Below, piece after piece: positions 1 through 10,384 of a stretch of DNA of 64,000 nucleotides. The translations under genes were made by a program, and so were the position numbers. Each line of letters opens with the position of its first letter. Position 1 is the first letter of the stretch. The notes beneath the pieces are model-generated. The model had not been told where the DNA came from. It made no database searches and saw nothing but the letters and a program-made list of their open reading frames with translations. Source of the stretch: Vermamoeba vermiformis (taxonomy: Eukaryota); NCBI GenBank assembly GCA_045837725.1, contig JBEWZL010000119.1:1-64000 (forward strand), read 5' to 3'.

Positions 1-725
1 CAACTGGACATATTATTTAAGGATTACATCAGTGCAAAGGTAACCTAGCTATCTATCAAGATAAAAGCTTATTCATCTTTATAGGAAAAAAGTTATCTCC
101 CGGCAAAGTCCAAATTAAAGCCCAAAGAAATGCATCCAAAGAATGCAAATGTTAACCAACCACCTCGTTCTTCTCGTTCTCCTCCTGTGAAGAGTGTGCC
201 AGTAATCAAAAAAGGTATAATCAAAAACATCAGTAGTATCATCTAATAACCTTGAACTTAGAGCTAAAGCAAGCAATCCCTCAGGCACTGCGTCGAAGAA
301 AGGAGCGCAAGCCAGCTCCAAAGATATTACCTGACTCCTCATCCTCTGACTCGGAGAGCTCTGTTAGTGTCAAGCCAAAGCCAAAGCAACAAAAGAAAGT
401 GATGGAGGCTCCAAAGCTCAAGCCAGAGACGCTGCTCAAACCAACCCAACCATTGAGTGATAGTGCTCTTCAAAATGCACCGTCTCTTTCTAATCAAGAT
501 TGTTCTCCAAATCCGATTGCTTTGGAACCTGCCACGCACAATGTCACTCCACTGTTCAACGTACCATTCCAGCTTCAAAAACTGCTAGAGCTTCAACAAG
601 TGCACCATCGGCATGCAATGGCACAACAACAGGCTAATTTCATGTTGTTGTTACAACAGCAACAGCAAGCTGAGTCTCAAGAGGCATTCAGTGCAGTAGT
701 GCAAACCTTCTCGAAATTCAAATAA
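1..725 (+). CDS. 3' part of an uncharacterised low-complexity (Lys/Pro/Ser/Gln-rich) protein; 5' end not resolved
   Basis: ORF 252-725 with poly-Q tail; plausible GT-AG intron 214-261 joins an upstream open frame; no recognisable domain. Confidence 0.45.
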
Positions 726-903
726 TTAGTTCCTGACGTTCTGCGAAATTCTTGCTAGTTAAATAAAATGAGAAACTTCTAGAAGTAATAGATTTCGTTG
801 ATTTTTCGTCAAAATTTCGCTGACTTTCTAAAATAGTAGGGTATAAAAGGAGAATTCTTAGCAAACTGTCATTTTTAAATTGATTCTAAAGACAACACAA
901 CAA

Positions 904-1947
904 ATGCCAGAATACCTTGAAAACAAGCTAGATGCAAGTGCCATCAATGCCAAAGCAAAGGGCCACAAGTTCAACTCAATATCCACTGGTCCATACAAAG
1001 TACCTACTTCTTCAGAGCCCCTACCTACCATGAATGGACAGTATACTCTCTCTGCCTCTGCCATTGGAAAGTGGCTTATTATCAAGCTGCGGCAAAAACG
1101 TCAACTTAAGCACACTCTCTACATCTCTCTCAGCATGAAAGGACAAGTTGTGTTTCTTACCCCTGAACAGTATGAAGCTGAAAGCAAATTTGTGGCTATT
1201 GCTTTCCATCGTGCAGATGGCTTGGTCATTGGACTCTTCCACAAGCCCAGCAACCACATTGTTATATATGTGGATTACAAACCTGACACTCTTTCACATG
1301 ACTTCTTCCTTGAACCATCAGCATTCAAAAAGCACCTGCAACAGAAGTTGAAAGCTACCCGCAAGAACCTGGCTACTACTCCTCTCTGTGTATTGATGCT
1401 GGATCAAGACTTCTTTCCTGGAGTTGGAAACTATCTGCGTGCTGAAACTCTCCATAAGGCAAACATTCCACCTTTCACTCCTGCTAGCCTCCTGAACGAA
1501 CCTCAGTTTTTGCAAACTCTGTTGGATGCTCTACATGCAATTGTGATGGAATTCATTGCCAAGTTACCAGATCACTACAACATGCAAGATGCTCAAATGA
1601 AAACTTGGTTTGAGAATGATTTCCTGAAGGTGTATGGCAAACAAGACTCCCAACGTGCCTTTGACTCCAGTGGAAAGAAGATTTGGTGGAAAGGACCAGG
1701 GGGACAGCTTCCCTATGTACCAACAGAAGATGTATCCAAAGAATCTGTTGGTCCTTATAGTGGATGGGCAATGGAGCTGGAACAAACTGAAATTACTCAC
1801 CAGGACAAGCAAGCTCTTCACTATGCAGTGCGCAAAGGAAAGCGTGGACGACCTAGAGTGATACGCAACTCTATTGGAAGACCAAGCCTGGGCCGCCCTC
1901 AATACAATAATAGAAGAGCAAAGCAAAAGTTTATGTACCGTAAATAA
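904..1947 (+). CDS. Fpg/Nei-family DNA glycosylase, NEIL1-like (zincless finger type), intronless
   Basis: N-terminal MPEYLE (catalytic Pro2/Glu3), YTLSASAIGKWL, H2TH motif LDQDFFPGVGNYLRAETL..IPPF, C-terminal LKVYG..DSSGKKIWWKG aligning to NEIL1 LRCYG..DRHGRTIWFQG; basic tail. Confidence 0.85.
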   Translation: MPEYLENKLDASAINAKAKGHKFNSISTGPYKVPTSSEPLPTMNGQYTLSASAIGKWLIIKLRQKRQLKHTLYISLSMKGQVVFLTPEQYEAESKFVAIAFHRADGLVIGLFHKPSNHIVIYVDYKPDTLSHDFFLEPSAFKKHLQQKLKATRKNLATTPLCVLMLDQDFFPGVGNYLRAETLHKANIPPFTPASLLNEPQFLQTLLDALHAIVMEFIAKLPDHYNMQDAQMKTWFENDFLKVYGKQDSQRAFDSSGKKIWWKGPGGQLPYVPTEDVSKESVGPYSGWAMELEQTEITHQDKQALHYAVRKGKRGRPRVIRNSIGRPSLGRPQYNNRRAKQKFMYRK

Positions 1948-2655
1948 ACTAAATGTACTCAAATGCGTTTTTACAATACTTTTCGATTGGATGTCTTCGA
2001 ACTTACGTGACGCTTGATTTGTGTTATTGTTATCAGCCATTCAAAGTACTCTTTAAACAATAAATAATTATTAGTGTAATACTCTTTGTGTGTCCTATTT
2101 GGTAACCATCGAAAATAATGTTACGAACTAGATCGCGCTAGAAACACCACTGAAAGTCAAAATTACATCATCAACTGCATTATTTAATTACTGTAATACA
2201 ATTTTAATCATATTATTATTATGTATGGTAGGCCATGGCATGCGTTGGCGTTGTAGCGTAAAACGTCTTATATATGAATCCCCACGCTCGCCTACTCGGT
2301 ATGATTCATATGCCCACAAGAGTTATAAGAAACAAAGATTTTATCAAATAATAAACACCATTCCAAATTGCTTCAACTTGTTTTGCTTTACGACTTCTTT
2401 GGCAGTTTACAGTAAATAAAACTCAGTACAAGTTGGAATTGAGTTTGTCCCGTTGCTTCAATACAACGTATCTACTGCAAATAACGAGCACAAGATGTTT
2501 ATATAATTGACTTGGCGTTTGTAAATTAGAGTGACGTCCGTTTGAACTTTATTACAACGTAGTAATGCTAATGCCTACGTGATTTTCGTAGGGCTTCAGT
2601 AACTATACAATTAGATCGATTGAGAAGTGTTGTTTTATTTTCGAAACTGAAATGC

Positions 2656-5114
2656 TTAAAAATAAACAAATTCGACTTTGCTGTTCATACCACAAGGGTT
2701 ACCAGTACGACCTGATATAATAATAACGTTAATAATTTGATTTGATCGCGTGCCAACTCCAATTATTCCTAGAATTGCAAATTCTTAATTAATGACTTAC
2801 GAATGCGCATGTAACCGCCTTCTCCCCACCAGTTGCCCCATGAGTTACGAATAATCCAGTAGTCCTTGCCGGTCGAATATTCGGTGCCATAGCCAACAAT
2901 AGTAATAATGTGATTTAACGAACCACCGCAGTCACTACCCGGTTCGTAAACACCGCCTTTGTAGGCTATGAAGCTGTTGCTGGCAAGAATTCCAGCAGTG
3001 GCAACGCCTTGGTTGACCCAGTAGATAAGGTTCGGGTCAGTTGTCCTGCCTTTGTCGGTGATCAGCACGGTTCCCGCGAGCGCACCAAGGCCAGAAGATC
3101 CTCTTCGGCAAGAACCTTTAGCGTTTTGATAAGGATAATCCGAGTCATAAGCCAAACCTCCGTTCGACCTGGCGAAGGCCCATGCATTTTTCATGTCACC
3201 ACCTGATAATTTGAAATGATATTAGTAACTTTTCTTATTAATATCTTCAAGCTCATAGCAATGCATTGTATTATTACCCATCTATTTTGTAAGATCCGAT
3301 GAAATTTCTAATCATTACGTACCGCTGCAGCTGTAACCATCGGAGCAATCAAGAACTTGTTGCGGTGATAAGACTGGAGGTGGTTTTTGGTTTTTGATGG
3401 CCCAGTTAGTCTCAATACTAGTTGTTGTTGCAAAAGCCCAGCAAGATCCGCAACTGTTCTGGTACTTCACCGGTGACGAATAACCTCGATCGGTCCACGA
3501 GAACTTGTTATCTTGAGGCACTGATACTGGTGGGTTCACTGGAGGTGGTTCAGGAATCGGAATGGGAGTGGATGCGACTGGAGCGGCAACAGGGGTCGGC
3601 GCTACTGGCACAGGGGTCGGCGCTACTGGCACAGGCATTGGCGTTGGAATTGGCGTAGGCGCAGGAATAGGTGGATTGTCATCGATGCATTGTTGAACAA
3701 ACTTGTAAATGTTGTTGCGCCATCCACCACCGCACATCTGATCGCCGTTTCCAGCACAAGGGACGTTGCAGTCACTTTCGGAGGCTTGACCGTACGCACC
3801 GAACGAACTGCCGCAGAAACATTGCGTGGCGAACTGAAGACCTGCAACAGCAAAGCCTTGTTGATTGCACGTTTGCGTGCACAACTCAACGGTCATGTCG
3901 TTAGAGATGTAGACTGATCCTTGCAGATCTCGATTGGCATCGTCGACGAAACAGCCCTGGTATTGCGCCACCATGACACAACTGCTCGCGATGAACTTGG
4001 GGTCATCTTCTCGAGGCTTAAGGCTGTACACTGAATTGCGCCACCAAGCACCGCATTGTTGATACGCGTTACCATAGCACGGCATGTAACACTCGGAATC
4101 GGAAGCAGTTCCGAATTGACCGTAACTGTTCGAACAGAAGCACTGATTGCCTGCTTGAAGGGCTGCGTACGTGTAGCCACCGTTGCCGCAAGCAGTAGTG
4201 CACATATCGACCGTCATGGCCCAGTGCGAGAAGTACATGTTGGATAAGTCACGCAGATAAGAGTCGATGAAGCATCCGACGTATTCAGTAGCAGGTGGTG
4301 CAGATGCGCCAAGGCATGCGCCAGAAGTGCACTATAATAAAAAATGAAGTTCAGATCCGATTCAGGATGCGGTCGGTAACTCTCGAACTAAAGAGATACG
4401 TACACCAGTGTCGCAAGGAGCTCCGCAAGTAACCATCTGACATCCATCGGATACACGACCACAAGTAACGTTGCCGCATGGATTAAGTTGTGGGACGCAA
4501 GTGCTGTTGTGGGGCTTGACTCCTCTGAAGTTGCCACGAGGAGCCCAAGTGCAGTGCCAGTATTCACCAAGAGTAGGGCAGATGGCCAAAGCGCATCCTA
4601 CTCGGTTGCTACAGATTAAAATAACCGTTAGAACAGAATTCAAGTTGCGCGTCCGATTTAAACGTTGACTTACGTGGACCACCAAACCATTTGAGTATAG
4701 TTCGATGCTTTGTATGCGTTGTTGTCATCACCACGGTAGTTTACGTACTCAGCTTCCCAAGCCGTGAGCACCTAAAAGGATTTACAAATTAATTTAAGTA
4801 TATTATTTTAATTTTAAACTTACTTGTTGATAGTTAACCGGCTTATTCGCTCCAGCAATGTAATACGTCTGTCCTCGAACGCCTCTTAATGAAGGGTCCA
4901 AGCCAGCTTCGCATTGACTAACCCAGTTCAAAGACTCTTGTTCCAATTTGTCGTCCCAAGTAATAGCCTTCATATTAGCAGGTGGGGGAGTTACTCGAGC
5001 ACGGATAGCCTTGATGTAATCCAATACATTAGATTTATCGCTATCGGTAAGTTGGTTGGCACTCTCCGCAATTGCCGCGAAAAGAATTACGCTCAGAATT
5101 AACAAAACACGCAT
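2656..5114 (-). CDS. Secreted multidomain protein: signal peptide - CAP/SCP domain - Cys-rich linker - 2x WSC - Pro-rich linker - papain (C1A) catalytic domain; no I29 propeptide
   Basis: Spliced exons give MRVLLILSVILFAAIAESA; CAP motifs ANMKAITWDDKLE, NYTQMVW, RVGCA, CTWAPRGN; WSC motifs YVGCFID..MTVDMC..QCFCSN..C..PC.GN..QQCG (twice); papain QNSCGSCWAF, LNHIITIVGYG, YWIIRNSWG..WGEGGY; last exon RTGNPCGMNSKVEFVYF*. Confidence 0.85.
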
Positions 5115-5325
5115 GTTGTGTACGTGCAAGCTAGATCGATAGATATAATTAATACTTTGGCACGAAAAAATTAAGATACTTGCGAGTCCATAAATTTTTG
5201 TACTGATTGGTCGACTCGCTATATTTTTTTTGCCCGCCGCAAATTTCGAAGTTATTTTCCTAGACCGAATAGCAGTAAACCCGCTTTATAGCAAACATTT
5301 ACCATTCTAGGCATCATTTTACATC

Positions 5326-5949
5326 ATGAGAACCAGCATCTACTGCGTAGTATTGCTTTCCGTCCTCAGCGTTTCGCTCGCTTGGACGGATGTCGAGTTG
5401 CAAGAAGTATTCGATGCTTTTAACGAAAACTATGGCTACTCTTTCAAGGCCGGCGACGAGTATAATAATGCATTCGAGAATTTCAAAACAAATCTTCAAG
5501 ATGCGGCTTCACAATCCGGTAACGGAGGTAAAAAAATATATGAATTGCATAAATAAATATAATACTAACCGTTATAATGCCTAGTCGAGTACGATATCAC
5601 TCCTTATAGCTATATGAGCCAAGCAGAACAGATGGCAATGCTTACGACGGTTATTCCTGAAGTCGCGGTTGCTGCCGCTCTAACTGAAGGCGCAATTGCA
5701 GGCATCGTTGTTGGATGCGTCGGTGCTGCTGGATTGGCCGTTGGAGGTGTATTCCTTGGCTTGCACTTGAAGAAGAAGAAGGAAGAAGAGAAGAACGCTG
5801 GATCCACCGAGATGACCCCTACGACCAGCACTACGAGTGCTACTACGACTACCAAGCCTGCCAAGGGTGTTGATATCTATCCTAGCATTGAAGGTCGTCA
5901 TCAATCCATTACTGCTAGAGCTCCTGCTATCAAGAAGACTCCTCAATAA
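5326..5949 (+). CDS. Type I membrane protein with extracellular I29 (cathepsin propeptide)-like inhibitor domain
   Basis: Intron 5528-5584 (GT..TACTAAC..AG) joins ORFs 5326 and 5614 in frame: signal peptide, FDAFNENYGYSF..DEYNNAFENFKTN (ERFNIN-like), YDITPYSYMSQAE (GNFD-like, cf. GITPFSDLT.EEF), TM AIAGIVVGCVGAAGLAVGGVFLGL, stop-transfer KKKK, short cytoplasmic tail. Confidence 0.7.
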
Positions 5950-6115
5950 GCATTTGTACTGGCCTCGTTCTCCTCTGTATTTCATTCGTCAGTCGAATTA
6001 AACGCTTAATCTTTCATTTGGGTTCAAGACTTACTTATTCATTAATTCATCCGGTCTTTATCCGGTCAGATGTTAAGTAACGCGGTTTAACGTTCGGATC
6101 AGTATTTAGACTTGA

Positions 6116-6757
6116 CTCGACATCGTCACCCCAAAAGTCACAAAGAAATTCGGCGTGGTCTACCTCACTGGGGGAGAAGTGCTGAAGTCAGCCGACATAC
6201 TCTACTCGCAACGCATTGAATTGAGTAAGTGCGCGGGCAATAATAATCAGCAAGACTTACTTAATTCGCAGGTTTGACCAACGAGTCGTTTGGAGTCTTC
6301 ACGTTCATTCCAGAAGGATTACCTGGAACGTTCTACGACGTAATATCACTTAGCGTTCCGTCATCCTCTCAGCGCTACCCAATTTCAAGTTGTCCAATCA
6401 AGTTAGAGCAGCACACCGCGTTGCCACCATTAGCGAGATCTGGCTCGGTTTGGACCCGTGTAGAGTATGGCGATACCCAAACTAAGCAAAAATAATACAT
6501 TGGGTCAACAGAGGTCAACTTTATTATCAGGGTATTATTTAACTAGTAAATTCCAAATAATTATAGAATCGCGTATAATAGTATTGTGTTTACTAATATA
6601 TTTGCTGAAAATTATTTTTATTTATTCTAAAATAATATTTTTAGCCAACTTACCATTAGAGTTAGCCCGCGATTTTTGGCAAGGCCACAATGTGCATTTC
6701 AAAACGAACTTCAAAGGCCCGTTCAAATTCGATTCGAAGACAGTGCCGAAGTATTGA
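6116..6757 (+). pseudogene. Possible degraded gene relic of unknown product
   Basis: Canonical intron ~6225-6271 (GTAAGT..CGCAG) joins two open frames in phase, but there is an in-frame stop just upstream and a frame break before 6467-6757. Confidence 0.25.
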
Positions 6758-7099
6758 GGTGCTCATCGTTAATTATTGAGGCCTTCATGACTCTATTTTT
6801 GCAACGCATGCTCGAACACCGCTCGCAGTATTCGCTCAAATGCAACAGACACGTGAAATATTCTTCTACCTCGCGTTGGCAGACGGGAAAGTTCTACCCG
6901 CGTCTATGTGAAGTTGTAGAGAGTCCACCGGACACCTGCAAGACCAACAGGAGGAAATTAAAAATTTTCGGGGTCAAGCCCGGGGAGGTGTTTTTTTTTT
7001 TTGGTTGGGGGGGGGGTCTGGCCCGGGTGGGAGTCAAAAAAATTGCCCGCCTTTTTTTGATTTAAATCTCGTTACCAGCGACACGCACGGCGACTTTTT

Positions 7100-9702
7100 A
7101 TGGAACAATATAATCTAGATGACGAGGAGCCCGATTTGCTAGGTATCGGTTATTCTTTTTAGGAAAATCTTAAATCAATGCAATTTATTCCAAAGATAAT
7201 GAACACGAAGGTGAAAGCAAAAATTCGGGGGTAGCTTATTGCGAAAAAAAATGGAAGGAGGTTGCTGAAGATCCCAATAATTCGTTTTGGAATGCAGTCG
7301 CCTTTCGAAAAGTACCTGGGTACGTTGTTTAATAATTAATTAAATATACATAAATAATATCGATGCGCTAATAATGTTATTTAAAGGGCAACTGGAGCAG
7401 AACTTTTATCAAAATGGCGGATTTGTCCCGTTGTTCAGTCTAATCCACAAGGCGTTTTACCAAAGCAGCGTTTCGCTAAAATTGAGGAACAAATCGCACC
7501 GTTGAATAAGAAAGGTTATATCACAGAGGATGACGTTTCAAAACTGACCGAGTCGATTTTTGCGTTACTTCCTCCGAGCTTTCAAAATCGCAATCCACCT
7601 CTACGTTTAAAAGAAGGCATCAATACATACCTCAGCGCCCTGGTTAAGCTAACGCATGCCAAAAAGCAGAAGTGGACCGAAATGGATTGGACGACAGCGA
7701 TCTATGCAGCGATCCAAAACTTTTTCTGGTTGTTTGAGAACCGTTCGTAAGTCAAAAATATTGTAAAGTGAAAAAACAATTGCTTATATCTACATTAGTA
7801 ACTCTGAGATAAACGCTGACCATTTCCCTTCTTGGATCACGCCGAGTGTGAAGCCAGATTTCTGCAGCTCGAACAAACGACCATTTCTCATCGCTGAGTA
7901 TGGTCTAAAGAAGAAGTCGGCGACTCACAATGACCTTTTCAAGCTGCTTCAAACAATGCGCTCAATCATTCGTCGATGGCAATTGGATTATCCGAATATT
8001 TATCAAGTTACGACAACGTTTTTGGTCTACTGATTGGTGCAGACTCTGCGACGGTATTTGAGATGTATTACGATGCCACGCATGACGTATATAATTGCTG
8101 CGTGTTTTTGGAAGACAGTGATGATCGTTCCACATTCACCTTATCGATGTCCGAGCAAGACGTCTTCGCTTCTCTGAATGTCGTGCTGTCAATTATACAA
8201 TTGGCCTCGGTGCAAGCATCGTGGGGCAAGAAAGTAGCAGGAAAGAGGAAGATGCCGACAGAGGAATCGCCCAGCAATGTTCAGCCTGCGATTGACACAC
8301 CCAACACGGACAAGAAGATGGCTGCGTTGCGATCTTCAACCAACAAATCACCATCCAGACTTTCAGACAACACTCGTATCAATTCCTCAGCGAGTGATGC
8401 TAGCGTCGGTGAACTAATTAAAGCCTTGTCATCGATGGAATTATCTTCAGAACAGGACCGCAAAGACGATGGCAGCGACGATGACGATGATGGCAACGAC
8501 GATTATGACCGTAATAAGACCAACAAATCCGCGAAGAAGCAGACACAAGGGCCAGTTCAAACGACGAACACAAAATCTCTCGCGAATAATGCTCCCAAAG
8601 GAACGGCGACAAACGTTAATACGGAAGAAAAAACAGATTCCAATCGAGAATATGTTCACCGTCGATGACCCAGAGTTGTATGTTCGTCCCTTGGGCATGT
8701 TTTTGGTCGTGGCCAATTTAACCAGGCACGCACGAGTAGTCGTTCTGTATGACGGCTCAGGGACCAAATATTTAGCGAAGGTAACGTAAAAATCAAATTA
8801 TTAGTGTCAGCTTTAAAGCTAATTAAACGACTTTTGCAGCTCGATGCCCGCGACGCACCAATCGAAGTGGAAGTTTTGAAGCGACTTGGTGCTGACAACA
8901 AAAAGTTCATTCATCCTGTAGTTACGCAACTCGTTAACGGCGTGCACGTGACTCTATTTGAATGGAAAGAAAATAAGATTCGTGAAGCCAAGTCGAATAT
9001 TCCGCAGGTGCGAAGAATAGCCAAACAGGTGCTCGAGGCACTTGTGGACATGCACGCCATTGGTATCTGCCACGGAGACGTTAAATTCGACAACGTTATC
9101 GATACACGCGACCAGGCCTACTTAGTAGACTTTGATTTGTCATATGAGCCGAGAGTAAGTCGTGGCATTCGTGCGTCGAAGTTGCAGATCTGATCCGTTA
9201 AATTTCTACAGGTTTACCGCCCAAACTCACGTGGAACAACGGGTTATCGTGCGCCAGAGGTCGTCACAAGAAAGCATTACTCCGAGAAGGCGGATATTTA
9301 TGCATTTGGAATCTTTGTTCTCGAAGTTGTAAGATCCGGTACCATTCTCAACATCTAAAAATGATTAACGCTTCTTTTGCAGCTGATTGGTGAACCAATC
9401 TACCGTTACACCAAAGAAAAGGACGAAATAAAGGTTTACACGTGGCTCAGAGACGAGGTCATTGGGTAAGCAAAACGAGTCCGGCCTTCGCGAATTTTCT
9501 AACTTTAGCATGTTAAAGCTTGGTAGAAGACAAATCATTGCAGCAATTAATATCGCGATGTTGGACCGAGGATGAAAATGTTCGACCTTCTGCAGCAGAA
9601 TTACTACGAGACGAGTTTTTTAACGCAAGATCTACGAAAGAGGCTGGAAAAGTTAGCAAAGCAAGACAGCCGCTAGAAGACGTTACAAATAAGGTTCATT
9701 AG
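7100..9702 (+). pseudogene. PD-(D/E)XK/REase-like domain + protein kinase (Crinkler/CR-effector-like architecture), with two apparent frameshifts
   Basis: Spliced from ATG 7100: VKPDF..FLIAEYG..HNDLFKLLQTM..VFGLLIG..VFEMYYD; kinase YLAK|..IEVEVL..HGDVKFDN..DFDLS..GTTGYRAPE..DIYAFG..RPSA; frame changes near 8010 and 8630 lack a clear intron. Confidence 0.6.
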
Positions 9703-9709
9703 CTTATTC

Positions 9710-9983
9710 GACAATCCGATTGTTGGTTAAAGGCCAGATGCGTTACTTTGTCAAGGTAAGACAACACTATTATAACGATTTGCATATTCGCTGAAACTAC
9801 TGTTAGATCATGCCTCTCAGTGCCGATGGATTGTTGCCACTCAAATATCACATACCGATGAAGTTAGATCACCCTAATATCCGCAAGCCCATCGAGATGA
9901 TCAAATACGAGGAGACTAAGAAGTGTTGGTGTTATGTAGACCACATGAGTGTCTGTTGTCGCGTGTTTGCCTGGCCTGAATAG
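9710..9983 (+). pseudogene. Truncated protein kinase relic (N-lobe only)
   Basis: VKGQMRYFVK | intron from ~9756 | ..KLDHPNIRKPIEMIKYEETKKCWCYVDH then stop; intron follows the catalytic-Lys motif as in the upstream kinase. Confidence 0.4.
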
Positions 9984-10384
9984 TTCGTTCCAGTGTTGCT
10001 CTGCGAAGAAGATTTTATTTGTTCTTGTCCGGACAAGCTTCTTTCTTCCTCCAAGCCAAGAGGAGGCAAGTCGCAGCAAAAGCCGAAGCCAAGCCAAGGC
10101 ACATCGATCAACGTCCTTAGTTCCCAGTGTGTTCACCTTTGAACCGAACAACAGAGCATCTTTCCTGAGTTTTTACTCTCATTGTTCGCAGATGGAAATG
10201 AATTAAGACAAAGAGTGATATAATCTGCTTGTAGTTCTCAGGCGAGTACGAATGTTATATGGCAGCTCATATCCAGCAAAAGAGGTGAATTCAGAAATTA
10301 ATAACACATTCATCAACTACTCAGCTGACAGTATTTCATTAAAACCGCATTATTTTCTTATGTACAAAAATATTTACACTAGTA

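Noticed and set aside
6965-7062. Poly-T/poly-G runs with G-quadruplex potential upstream of the kinase gene
   Set aside because: Pattern equally resembles low-quality read or contig-join sequence; cannot be supported without reads
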